Positions 1 through 12,881 of a stretch of DNA of 64,000 bases are shown piece by piece (positions within the stretch are counted from its first letter, which is position 1; the number at the start of each line of letters is the position of its first letter). The position numbers were made by a program, and so were the translations under genes. The notes under the pieces were generated by a model. The model worked only from the letters and a program-made list of their open reading frames with translations, was not told the origin of the DNA and did not search any database. The stretch comes from Octopus sinensis (lineage: Eukaryota), in NCBI RefSeq assembly GCF_006345805.1, contig NC_043016.1:18600001-18664000 (forward strand), read 5' to 3'.

Positions 1-170
1 ATGCTGGGGCATCGGTTTGGAGAATTTTCTAGCCGAATGAATCGATTCCGGTACTTTTTTCTTTTTTTTTAAACCTGGTATTTATTCTATTGCTCCTTAG
101 GGAATGGAAACATACCAGGACCAGTTGTCAGCGATGGTAGGGGACACTTCAAAAAATGACACACACATAC
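1..170 (-). mobile_element. SINE-A 3' half, diverged
   Basis: atgctggggc...ttattctat...ggttgtca-like similarity to 4374-4795. Confidence 0.55.
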
Positions 171-219
171 ATATACACAGAAAAACGCATATAATAATAT
201 ATATAATATATATATATAG

Positions 220-271
<52 letters not shown>

Positions 272-437
272 TATATATTGTATATATATATACATCATAC
301 ATACATATATATATATATGTGTATGTGTGTGTGTATATATACACACATACATACATATATGTATGTATATAAGCGCAAGACAGGGCAGGTATCTAAGATA
401 TGTTTCATATCAGATGGGATATTATATGAATTTATGG

Positions 438-775
438 ATAACAAGAGCACTCAGAGAGCGCAACCTCCACCAAGGCAACACCAACGACCACGCAACGATT
501 AGCCGGAGATGATCTTTAAAATGAGAATGTCTGAGATAAACTCGACTACTCTCACAAACGAGGATACTGAAAATGAACCCAACCGCTGTCAAGAATTAAA
601 TAAAAAATACCGAAAAAATAATCCAGAATCCTTGTCCGGTACCCAAAAGTTAATCAGTTTGTGTCAGTCCCGAGGCCAAACATCCCTGAAAGTTTCATTC
701 GAAACCATCCAGCGGTTCTTGAGATATCTTGTCTACGGAAAGACAAACAAACAAACATGACTGAAAATAATACCA
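438..775 (+). mobile_element. Possible DINE/HINE-like (Helentron-associated) non-autonomous element
   Basis: aacaagagcactcagagagcgc start; aagtttcattcgaaacc...cggttcttgagatatc and (ACAA)n; recognised from memory only. Confidence 0.4.
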
Positions 776-910
776 CTGATTTAACTTAGCGTCTCTTTGT
801 TTAAAATAATGATGGGAAGCAGGTTTGGAAGTTACGGGAATGGGATGTCTGTGGGATACTATTTGGTGACTATTTGGTGTTACAAAAGATTGAGAACGAA
901 ATATCTGATG

Positions 911-1465
911 CAGTGCCTCTTAATCTTTTCTTACCTATGGACCCTTTGATTACTATTTTATTCTGGTGGACCCTCATAGCTATTTGATTTTCAAAAATTA
1001 GCTTTATAGATGCTTCTTTCAAAATTCCTATTTTAGTTTTTCACTCATCAACTTGTGTAGGTTGGACTATGTCAAATGTTAGGGAAAGAAACCCAGCTGT
1101 TTCTTACAATACACACCAATACATACATCAAAAGCAAAGGTTCTCAACCATTTATTATCTGTGGACCCCTTTCATTAATTTTTTATTCTTGTTGACCCTT
1201 ATCACCACTAACAGTTTAAAAACTAATTTTATAGATACTTCTTTTAAAATACCCATTTTATCTTTCACACATCAACTTGTGTAGTTTGAACTATGTAAAA
1301 TGTTAGAGAAAGAAACTGAGCTCTATCTTGCAATAAATAATAAATACATCTCAAGCCAACGTTGTTCATGAACCATTAAAAACTTTGTGTGGACCCCCAC
1401 ACACTCCGCCCCAAATTTTCCACGGACTGCCTGGAGGTTATATGGACCACAACTGAGAACCATTG
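911..1465 (+). mobile_element. hAT-like MITE with ~220-bp internal tandem repeats
   Basis: Ends cagtg.../...gagaaccattg; flanks atctgatg / gtctaatg match at 6 of 8; related fragment at 30845-30978. Confidence 0.6.
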
Positions 1466-1565
1466 GTCTAATGCAATGAAAACAACCCAGTTCATCTACC
1501 AGAGTCTGTGTTCAGATACGATAAACGGAGTGTCTAATGTTAAGAGTACAAACCTTGTCATTTGT

Positions 1566-1597
<32 letters not shown>

Positions 1598-2275
1598 ACT
1601 TTTCTTTAAGCGTCATCTAATATAACTCTTACCTCTTAAACCTCGGTCAACGTTGTGTTAAGAGAGCCTTTGATCAAAGACGTTTCAGCGGCGAACATCC
1701 TTGTCGTTTTAGTTGTTTCTGGGTTTAACAACATTTAATGCAGCCATTCCATATATATATATATAAAATGGCAAAGCATGATTTATCGAAGATATGGCTG
1801 CCATATGTATAGGGTCAAATGCACCATATCCTTCGTTTGCTTCTGAAAAAATGTAAAATATATTTTGAGCAATACTTTTCCGTAAACTATTATTCCATGC
1901 TGACTCATTTTTACTTGTCTGTTAATCTATAAAAGTTTCACCTATTTTTCTGAATTACAAAATAATACTAGTTACCTTCAATTAAACACATTTAGATCAC
2001 ACCATAGTTATAATTGATGCACCACACCCAATGCGTGATTTTTAGTAGTTTTTATTATTATTTTTATTGTTGCTGTCATTGTCATCGTTGTTGTTGTTGT
2101 TTATTACTAAGTTATCCCGATGGGAACATGTTGAACTGGAAAACTACAACCAACAGGTATTGGTCTCAAAAACTCTTCTTATGATCCTTACTTTTCCAGA
2201 TAATGAAACTTTCTGCTGAAGCTCCGTGTAACATATCTTATCAAGATTTAAGACTGGTTGTTACCATTCCATGTA

Positions 2276-2520
2276 GAGGCGCGTGGTTTAGTGGTTAGGG
2301 TGTCAGCATCATGATCGTAAGATTGTGGTTTCGATTCCTGGACCGGGCGACGCGTTGAGTTCTTGAGCAAAACACATCATTTCATGTTGCTCCAGTCCAC
2401 TCAGCTGGCAAAAATGAGTCACGCTGCGATGGATTGGCGTCCCGTCCAGCTGGGGAACACATACGCCATTGAAACCGGGAAACCGGACCCGTGAGTCTGG
2501 CTAGGCTTTAAAAGGGCGCA
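2276..2520 (+). mobile_element. SINE-B, head 1 + tail M
   Basis: tRNA-like head gaggcgcgtggtttagtgg...ttcgattcc; tail gcgatggattggcgtcccgtccag. Confidence 0.8.
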
Positions 2521-2524
2521 GTGT

Positions 2525-2826
2525 GGAGGCGCAATGGCCCAGTGGTTAGAGCAGCGGACTCGCGGTCGGAAAATCGCGGTTTCGATTCCCTGACCGGGCG
2601 ATGTGTGTGTTTATTGAACAAAAATGCCTAAAAGCTCCACGGGCTCCGATAGGGGTGGTGGCGACCCTCTGTTGTACTCTTTCGCCCCAACTTTCTCTCA
2701 CTCTCTCTTCCTGTTTCTTGGGTAACGCTGCAATGGACTGGCATCCCGTCCAGCTGTGGGTAACACATACACCACAGAAACTGGGAAACCGGGCCCATGA
2801 GCCTGGCAAGGCTTGAAAAGGGCGAC
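2525..2826 (+). mobile_element. SINE-B, head 2 + tail M
   Basis: Head ggaggcgcaatggcccagtgg; tail gcaatggactggcatcccgtccag. Confidence 0.8.
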
Positions 2827-2834
2827 GTTAATCG

Positions 2835-3130
2835 TTTTATCGTTACCATTCCAAATCTGTCAACAATGATCGGAGTTAAACTTTGTTTCATTTAAGTTCC
2901 ATATATTTTCAGTTCTCTTCTTAGTTTGCAATAGTTAATCACATTCTCTTTCATTTTGCCTTTTATACTCTTATTCCTACGTCAATAATGTCACATTTTC
3001 TGTCTATCTTGTACACAATCAAAACAGCCGGCCTTCTGTTTTCTCTTACTATTTCTGTTTCTGGTCTTCGATCGTGGTGAGCAAGCAGAAGTACCACTTT
3101 AGTAATCATATCATTAGTGGAGTTTATTAC
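2835..3130 (-). pseudogene. Degenerate R4/Dong-like RLE fragment
   Basis: Minus-strand translation ...RPETEIVRENRRPAVLIVYKIDRKCDIIDVG...LTPIIVDRFG resembles RPDI...IDV...IPIIVGALG. Confidence 0.55.
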
Positions 3131-3249
3131 ATCGATTGGTAATTTGGAGGCAATTCGACAACGATTGGCAATTTGAAGGAAATTTGGCTTCACTTTCCAG
3201 TAGGTCGTGGTAACAAGTAGGGAATCTCCGTTGTTCGGCCGCACAAAAC

Positions 3250-3500
3250 TAGTATTCTCGGACAGTAAGGTTGATGTTATTAATGTTCGTGTTGGGCCTT
3301 TGAGAGTCAACATCTGCGGGAAGAAAATGAACAGGTAGGGAATTCCAAAGGGCTGATGTTCCGGGCAGGGAAGAATCTAGTTGCGTGCTGCACACGATCG
3401 ACAGTGCATTGTACTGCAATGATGTTCTCTGTGTATGCGAAGCGATAGAGTTTTCTAGTTCTAGAATGCAATAAGATTTGCATATCCTCATTGCGGGACA
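3250..3500 (-). pseudogene. CR1/L2/Jockey-group LINE 3' fragment
   Basis: ...SSLPGTSALWNSLPVHFLPADVD is typical of the RT C-terminal end. Confidence 0.55.
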
Positions 3501-3554
3501 CATTCGAGGCCTCGGTTTAAAATTATGAATGAAGAGGCCTGTTTAAGGAATGCT

Positions 3555-3982
3555 TTATCTTGTTTCAGTCATTAGACTGCGGTCATGCTGGGACATCACC
3601 GCGAAGAGTTTTTACTCTCAGTACTTATTTGTTGAGCCTAGTACTTATTCTATCGGTCTCTTTTTGCCGAATCGCTAGTCTACGGAGACGTAAATACACC
3701 AGTATCGGTTGTCAAGTGGTGTTGGGGTACAAACACAGACACAAAGACCCACACACATGTATATATATATATATAGATGCATACAACATATAAACACACA
3801 CACACACACACTCACACATACAACGGGCTTCTTTCAGTTTCTGTCTACCAAATCTACTTGGAAGGTTTTGGTCGGCACGAAGCTATAATAGAAGAAACTT
3901 GTCAAAGGTTCCATGCAGTGGGAATGAACCCGGAACCATAGAACCATGTGGTTTGGAAGCAAGCTTCTCACCACGCAACCAC
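3555..3982 (-). mobile_element. SINE-A
   Basis: Reverse-complement similarity to 4374-4795. Confidence 0.85.
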
Positions 3983-4373
3983 GTTTTTAAGGAAGAAAGA
4001 ACATTACCATCTGCATAAACATAGATTTTACTCAACTGAGAGCGAATAAGCTTTGGTGTTTGGAAGAAAAGAAGTATGTCGTGAAAAGAAGGAAGTATGG
4101 TACAAAATACTGATTTCAAGCAAAGACGTTTTAGAACCAGAAAAAAAAAAGAGAGAGAATTAATCGTTTTCTCTCTGCAGAAGTCTTTTTGCGAGTTAAC
4201 CTCCAGTATTCACGCCTCCCCAAGGCGTACGAACTTATTCCAAATTTGCTCACATAATTTATTATCGTCAAAACAATTATTTCATTTGGCGTGATAGTCA
4301 TGACTGTCTCGAGTAGTGAGACAATCATCATCTACGGAACAATATTCTCGACTGATTTATACTGAGAAATACG

Positions 4374-4795
4374 TAGGCGCAGGAGTGGCTGTGTGGTAAG
4401 TAGCCTGTCTACCAACCACATGGTTCCGGGTTCAGTCCCACTGCGTGGCATCTTGGGCAAGTGTCTTCTGCTATAGCCTCGGGCCGACCAAAGCCTTGTG
4501 AGTGGATTTGGTAGACGGAAACTGAAAGAAGCCTGTCGTATATATGTATATATATATGTATATGTGTGTATATGTTTGTGTGTCTGTGTTTGTCCCCCCC
4601 TAGCATTGCTTGACAACCGATGCTGGCGTGTTTACGTTCCCGTCACTTAGCGGTTCGGCAAAAAGAGACCGATAGAATAAGTACTGGGCTTACAAAGAAT
4701 AAGTCCCGGGGTCGATTTGCTCGACTAAAGGCGGTGCTCCAGCATGGCCGCAGTCAAATGACTGAAACAAGTAAAAGAGTAAAGAGTAAGAGAGT
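4374..4795 (+). mobile_element. SINE-A, full-length reference copy (tRNA-like head, internal microsatellite, LINE-like tail)
   Basis: A-box tggctgtgtgg, B-box ggttcagtccc, internal (TA/TG)n, tail ccagcatggccgcagtcaaatgactgaaac plus (GAGTAA)-type repeats. Confidence 0.9.
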
Positions 4796-5303
4796 GTAGA
4801 AGTAAGCAATAGTGTTTTTTTTTTTTCTATACAACTCAATGTGTACGGAATATTCAGGTGTATTAGAACAGAAAATACACAAAGAAAGAAAGAAAGAAAG
4901 AAAGAAAGGAAAAAAAATTAATCATAAATTGGATATTACAATAAACTGTTGTGTTAAAAATGTGTTTGGAGTGATTGTGAGGTGGAGGAGGGTATTGTGG
5001 GGGGGGGGGGGTATTATTGTGAGAATGCTAGGATAAATTAAATTCGAAATATAACTAATTAACTTACTTCAGGTGTCTTATAACGATATACATGAAAAGT
5101 TTGTGGAGATAAGATAAGATCAAAGGGAAAATTTGACAGTAACGAAGAAACATAAATGGACAATAAGACGAAAGAAAGAATAAATGAATAAACATATGCG
5201 TCCATATGTGTATGGGTATGAGTATGTGTGTGTGCTTTGTATACGTGTATACGTATGCATATATGTCAGCATATATGTATGTACATACATAATATACACA
5301 TAT

Positions 5304-5337
<34 letters not shown>

Positions 5338-5354
5338 GTGTATAATTTCATTTC

Positions 5355-5560
5355 TTCGTTTACTTGTTTCAGTCATTTGACTGTTGCCATGCTGGAGCAC
5401 CGCCTTTAAGTCGAGCAAATCGACTCCCAGGATTTAGTCTTTGTAAGTCTAGTACTTATTCTATCGGTCTCTTTTGTCGAAACGCTACTGTTACTGATAC
5501 GTAAACACATCAACATCGGTTGTCAAGTGATGGTGGGGGACAACACAGACTCACACACAC

Positions 5561-5610
<50 letters not shown>

Positions 5611-5940
5611 ATAGGAGTATTCCGTCGGATACGACGACGATGGTCCCAGCTGATACGATCAACGGAACAGACTGCTCGTGAAATTGAAATGCAAATGGCT
5701 GAGTACACCGCAGACATGTGTACCCTTAATGTAGTTTTCAGGGAGATTCGGCGTGAAACAGAGTGTGACAAAGATGGCTCTTTGAAATACAGGTACAAAT
5801 CATTTTTGCCAACTGAGTGGACTGAGTGAAGGCACGTGGCTTAGTGGTTACGATCGTAAGGTCGTGAATTCGCAGCAACGCATTGTGTCCTTAAGCAAGA
5901 CCCTTTATTTCCCGTTGCTCCAGTCTCTCTCTCCCTCTCG

Positions 5941-5974
<34 letters not shown>

Positions 5975-6113
5975 GACGGTCTTTCACTCACAAGGCTTTG
6001 GTCGGCCTGAAGCTATAATAGAAGACACTTGCCCAAGGTGCCACGCAGTGGAACTGAACCCAGAAACCATGTGGTTGGGAAGCAAGCTAATTACCACACA
6101 GCCACGCTGCGCC
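5355..6113 (-). mobile_element. SINE-A with a rearranged SINE-B nested in its microsatellite
   Basis: 3' half at 5355-5560, 5' half at 5973-6113. Confidence 0.85.
5619..5925 (-). mobile_element. SINE-B (tail C) with inverted 5' head
   Basis: 5619-5827 is the tail on the minus strand; 5828-5925 is the head on the plus strand. Confidence 0.8.
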
Positions 6114-7541
6114 TATATATACATTATACATTTATCTACGTATTTATGTCTTCTGTCTGTATGTCTGTCTATCAGGCCATATGTATGCGTGCGAGTGTAT
6201 TGATGTTGGTGGTGATGGTCATTTTGTGTGTGTGCGTGCGCGAGTGAGTGTGTGTGTGAGTGTGTGTGTGTGTGTCTGTAAGGAATGTTAATTAGTGAGA
6301 CATGAAATAAAGACGGTAATACCTTGAAATTATCTTTCCGTCTATTTATCAATCTGTCAGTCTACCTGTACGTTTGTTTATTGTATGTATCTGTGTGCGC
6401 ATGAATGTATGTAAATATATATTCATGTATCAGTGGTGACTCCGACACTCGGGCTGTTCGGGCTTAACCCGAGTATAAATTTAGTAAAGTGAACGTGTAT
6501 TTGCAAGCTGATTTAATTTCTCCCAACACTGAGTTCAAGTCTGTAATTGCAGCCTATAATAATTCGGGCTCCTTTTATTGAGCCTGGTCGCAGTTCATTT
6601 ATTATCGTTCAGCATCTGTCGGTCGCTTTAGAGTGTCAAAAAATATCATTCGTAGAAGACGTTGTCTCGACATCGTTCCCTCGTGTCTGACTCGGGTTCA
6701 GAAGTTACAGAGCGATTTGTTATCTATAATCGTAAAAATAAATAGTAATTCAAATTCAAAGTTTTCTTGAAATAATAAATTTCTATAGAGATTAGGATTT
6801 AAATTCCAATCTATGAAAAGTTTCCGTTCTACAATAGTCTTAAATGAACGAAAAATTATCCAGCAACTCGGGCTAATACGAAAGAGCCTTGTAGGTGTAA
6901 AAGACTAACTGGCATCCCTTGTCAAGAGTACAGGCGACAGTCAGATCACTGATGTTTGTTGTGCTGTCATTATTTGATTGCTGTTATTCTGAGCATTTCT
7001 GTATAAAGATCAGTTGTGTTTTGCAGGGTTGCTTTATTTTTACTCTTAACTTAGAAATGGAGAAAGACATAGTGCTAGATATAAATAAATTAAGCCATTT
7101 AGGGCTAGAAACAAAGCGGTAAAACGTGAAATTCTTTGAGCAGGCATGTTTCCTAAGCAAAATCTGTGATGTGCCCAAGTGATGAAATCTGCTCAAGAAC
7201 AAAAATACACAACTCAGTGCTCAAAAAATAAGACACACAACTCATATCTCACGATTGTAAACCCGACTCTTTAACCACTGTGCTGTATGATGTATCTATG
7301 TATGTACATATGCATATGATTATGTGTGTATGTATATATGTGTACATATACGTAAATTGGCATGCGTGTATGTGTGTATGTATATATATTGTAATAATAA
7401 TAATAGTAGGGAATATAATTCCAAACTTACTGGGAAAAATTCAATTTAGCAATTCTAAATCAAATTCCACAATATATAATATATGTAGATAATTGAGAGA
7501 AAAACCTCTATTAAGCAATTCAATAGTGAAAGGCGTTATTC

Positions 7542-7722
7542 ACACCATATAGAAAAAGTCAAATATACTATAGAAACCTTATTCTCAAAATCAATAAAGT
7601 ACATAAACAATAAATAATAAATAGGAGTAAATTGACTACTATTTACTATTTATTGTTTATGTACTTTATTGATTTTGAGAATAAGGTTTCTATAGTATAT
7701 TTAGTTTTTTTCTATATGGTGT
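7542..7722. repeat. Fold-back palindrome (~75-bp arms)
   Basis: acaccatatag...aaacaataaata / tatttattgttt...ctatatggtgt. Confidence 0.85.
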
Positions 7723-7749
7723 ATATAGTATATTTATTTTTTCTATATA

Positions 7750-9295
7750 GCAGTAATTACAGCTTGAATTCTACGAGGTATGGATTTGTACAAAGTTTGA
7801 ATTGCTTCCAAATGAATTTTTGTCCATTCCTCAGCTAAAACAGTCTCCTGTTCTGGTAGTGATTATGGTGGAAGATATCGATTCCTTATTTGTTTTTCTA
7901 AAATGTACCATAAATGTTCAATAATATTGAGATCTGGTGAGCAGATAAGATGTTCAACTTCACTAGAATGTTCTTCATGCCATTCAGTAACAACTTTAGT
8001 TGTGTGAATTATCATCTTGAAAGATTGCGTTTCCCCCCCGGAAACAGTTCCACAACCATAGGATGAATTTGATCAAATAAAATGCTTAAATAGTCTTCAC
8101 AATTAATTTTGCTATGAATCTGCCGGCGGAATTCCAAGATATAGCCCCCGCCCAGATCATCAGAGATCCCCCTCCATGTTTAACAGTTGGAAGAAGGCAG
8201 TGTGGATCCAATGCTTCATTTGGCTGTCTTTACACGTATACTCGGGCGATGGTCGGAAATAGGGTAAAGGAAGACTCGTCCAAGAAAATAACATTCTTCC
8301 ACTGCTTTAGGGATCAATTCTGTAGGTTTTTACTCCACTCTAAACGCTTTGCAACATTTGTTTTTGAAGTAGTGGTTTTCTGATTGCAGCTCTCCCGTTA
8401 AATCCAGCTTTATGCAGCTCCCGGCGAACAGTTTTTGCGGAAAGTGGGTTCTGGAGGTGGTCATTAAGCTCTGCAGTAATTTTGGATGCTGTACTTCTGT
8501 GAGCCTTTCTAACAATTCGCGGAGACCGACGGTCCCTATACTCTTACTCTCTTTTACTCTTTTACTTGTTTCAGTCATTTGACTGCGGCCATGCTGGAGC
8601 ACCACCTTTATTCGGCTTATTCTTTGTAAGCCTAGTACTCATTCTATCGGTATCTTTTGCCGAACCGCTAGGTTACGGGGACATGAACACACCAGTATCG
8701 GTTGTCAAGCGATGTTGGGAGGACAAACACAGACACACAAACACACATATATATATACATATACACGACAGGCTTCTTTCAGTTTCCGTCTACCAAATCC
8801 ACTCACAAGGCTTTGGTCGGCTCGAGGCTATAGTAAGAGACACTTGCCCAAAGTGCCACGCAGTGGGACTGAACCCGGAACTATATGGTTGGCAAGCAAG
8901 CTACTTACCACACAGCCACTCCTGCGCCTATCTGAAGGTTTTGGTTTTCTTCAAGAGTTTTGTTTCGACAAGGAGGTTTTCCCTCTTTCTTAAAGGCTGC
9001 CATTACTTTCGAGATAGTACTTCTTGATACACGAAACATTTCGACTGTTTTCATTACGCTGGCAACTGCCATACGAGCACCAACAATTTGACCTCTTTGA
9101 AAGTCCGATAGATCTGTCATTTCAATGAATTTTAATTATCTTTTTTTCTGATGATATCTGAAAAGAAACAGCAATTTTAGCAAAACATATTAAACAACAC
9201 TATTATAATAAATCAAAAAAACATAAAAATAAACAAGCTTTTGACGGTTTTATTGATAATTCAAAATTATGATGCATTATTTTGTCCAACCCCTG
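7750..9295 (-). mobile_element. Degenerate Tc1 (DD34E-type) transposon, right end missing, split by a SINE at 8540-8926
   Basis: TA-flanked left TIR cagggggttggacaaaataat-like at 9295; MTDLSDFQRGQIVGAR; VIFLDESSF; TVKHGGGSLMIW; IFQDD; SPDLNIIEHLW. Confidence 0.85.
8540..8926 (-). mobile_element. SINE-A inserted in Tc1, with apparent 5-bp TSD (cctat)
   Basis: cctat at 8535-8539 and 8927-8931; removal restores the Tc1 reading S-D-R-D-R-R. Confidence 0.9.
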
Positions 9296-9863
9296 TATAT
9301 ATATATATATATATATTTGCAATGATGAATCGGTTTCTGACTGAAGAACGAAGGCTTTGAATGACCCGTCTGTCTCTTATGTTCGTCCCTTCGTGTATTT
9401 CACGTTATTTTTATATGTAAAGGTTTATTCTATATATATATATATATATGTTGTACGTGTTCTTGCGCGCGTATGTAACTTTTTTAAGCTACATACTTTA
9501 AGCATTTCCACCCAACACAGTTATTTCTGTCTGACGTAAAACCTAATTTGGTTTCTTTACTCCGTCCATTAAGTCGGACTCTTTCATCTATGGGAGACAG
9601 TAACCGTACATTTCTTTGTTTATGTTTATTTAAACAATTTTCTTCTTTTTTTTTTATTTTGCGATTGGTTTCTTGTGACCAGGAGGAGCGAGCGAGTAAA
9701 GGATAGGAATTCTTACGCCTTTGATAGAAATTCCAAGTTAGACATGTTAATTTTACGTAGTTAACGGCGGCGTAATTATCATGTCGGGGATGGATGCATT
9801 AGATCACAGAACTTTTTGTATCGATGTTGACCTCCGAATAAATGACAACAACGATGACGAGAA

Positions 9864-10105
<242 letters not shown>

Positions 10106-10124
10106 AACTTAGATATGTTTCGAC

Positions 10125-10465
10125 CAAAGATTGGTCCAGGCCATATCTAACTTAATAGCACCACCTGATAGGATTATTCGAATCCTGTTTAAGTCAAGTT
10201 TTGTTCAAGTAGTGAGTTCTTGTTGGGTGAGTTGTATCCAATTATGGGTGGCTTGTCTGGTATTCTTTGAAGGAATCTATCCAGACTCCGTTTAAAGTTG
10301 ATGGGATCCTTTTCCTCTTTGATCTCCCTCGGGACAATGTTAAATAGGGCAGGGCCTGTTGAGGAAAAGAAATTATGTTGCAGTGTACATGTATGTTGTG
10401 ATCTTGAATTAGGCAGGGGACGTATGGCCCGTGGTCCCAGTCTTGGATGAACCTTGAAGCTAATG
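10125..10465 (-). pseudogene. CR1/L2-like LINE 3' end
   Basis: HNFFSSTGPALFNIVPREIKEEKDPINFKRSLDRFLQRIPDKP followed by a short tail. Confidence 0.75.
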
Positions 10466-10503
10466 TTAAGGTCGTTTGGGCAAAGTTGGCGGTATATTCT
10501 CCG

Positions 10504-10536
<33 letters not shown>

Positions 10537-10589
10537 TTATATATATATATATGTGTGTGTGTGTGTGGTGTGTGTGTGTGTTGTGTGTG

Positions 10590-10800
10590 TGTGTGTGTCT
10601 TTGTGTTTTGTCACCACCACAATCGCTTGACAATAATCTTGGTTTGTTTAAGTTACTGCACGTTAGTGGTTCGGCCAAAGAGACCGGTGGAATAAGTACG
10701 AGACCTTTAAAAAAAATATGTACTGGGGTTGATTTTTTCGATTACATTCTTCAAGACGGTGCCCCAGCATGGCCGCAGTTCAATGCCTGAAACAAGCAAA
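10590..10800 (+). mobile_element. SINE-A 3' half, diverged
   Basis: atcgcttgacaa...ggttcggccaaagagacc...ccagcatggccgcag. Confidence 0.75.
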
Positions 10801-11010
10801 ATATATAGAGAAAGCATGAGACAACGATAAAGAAAGAGAGAGACAGAGGGGGAGAGAGAGCGCGGGGGAAAGATGTGCGAAAAAACTAAATTGTTTAAAT
10901 TAACAGCGATGGCTTTGTGTTACAAAATTTTAGTAAAAGGTTTTATTGGGGTTTACTCCGAATTAACCTAAATGGACTGCCCCGCTTTTGGGGATTCTAT
11001 TTATTATTTA

Positions 11011-11310
11011 CTAGCAGTATTGCCCGGCGTTGCTCGGGTTTGCAAGGGAAATAACTATATAAGCATTTTTAGAGAGTTATAGCCAAAAAATAGCCAAAAA
11101 ATGCATTAAAAATGGAAAAAAAATGATGGTAAATTTTTTTTAAAATCGTAGACTCATCGTAGACGCGCACTAATACCCAGAAGGGCTCGATATGAATCAC
11201 GACTATAAGATACCCGGTTTTGGTTACACTGCACCGCAAAATGTGGGAGTAGTTAGGAATCTAAATCGTAGGAGACAGACAGCACACAACCTCTCTTTTA
11301 TATATAAAGA
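11011..11310 (-). mobile_element. Non-autonomous Helitron
   Basis: Minus strand A|TC...hairpin cccgagcaacgccggg...CTAG|T. Confidence 0.8.
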
Positions 11311-11669
11311 TTTATTCAATTTCTATTTGTATATCCTTTGTTATATCCTTTAATATTGTAGCGTCTCCCTTTGATTGATATAACCCCCCCACCCGGTTCC
11401 GTGTGTTGCAAACTCGTCGCTTGATATTGTCTTCTATGTCTTGGGCCCTTGTGACCAATAAAAGAAATTCTTATTACATTACTCGTGAAGGTGGCGATCT
11501 AGAAGGATCGGTATACAGCTCAAATTCCACCGAGGTCGGATTTGCCATTCGTCCAATCGGGCTCGATAAAATATGTACCAGTTAAACTCTGTAATCAACT
11601 AACCCCTCCTTTAATATTATTTTGCTGGCCTTGTATCAAAACTTGAAATCTTTACTATATGAAGATAAT

Positions 11670-12050
11670 GTCTGCGAGGTGGCAGAATCGTTTACCCGTC
11701 GTACAGAATGCATGGAAGAATTTCTTTCGGTTCTTTATCTTTCTGAGATCGAATACTGCCGAGGTTAACTTTGCGTTTCATACTTTTGTGGTCGATGAAA
11801 TAAGGAACCAGTCATGTAAAGGAGTCGACGTAATCGGCTAAAACCTCCCCATTGAAATTGCTGGTTTTGTGCAAAAATTTTAAACAAAATTCTTGTATTA
11901 CACGTTAGAGCGGCGGTAGATTGACAGAATCGCTACTGCACAAGAAAAAAAAATGTATTGCGGCATTCGTTCCGAATCTTTCCGTTCTGTGTTCAAATTC
12001 CGCTGGAGTCATTTTCATCCTTCATCTTTTGGGGACAATGAAATAAAATG
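11670..12050 (+). mobile_element. Two diverged SINE-C-related heads/bodies
   Basis: gaggtggcagaatcgtt...gccgaggttaactttgc; gattgacagaatcg...gttcaaattccgc. Confidence 0.55.
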
Positions 12051-12124
12051 TCAATCAAGTACTTGCGTCCATAACGCCGACTAACTCCCACCCACTCATT
12101 ATGCTCAATACGACAAAATGTATC

Positions 12125-12718
<594 letters not shown>

Positions 12719-12881
12719 CTTCTTTTCACCATTCGTTGTATTTGACGTCCGAAGTTACAATTTGTAAATTTAAATGTGGGAAATCGAAATAATTGATCAG
12801 TATATAAAAGAAGTGATAAGGCATCGGAGCCGGCGGTATATAGGCTGCGTCCATCTCTTAACGCCGGAGGCTAGAATCTTG

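Noticed and set aside
2276-2600. SINE heads as tRNA genes
   Set aside because: A and B boxes are present but there is no complete cloverleaf, and they run into SINE bodies.
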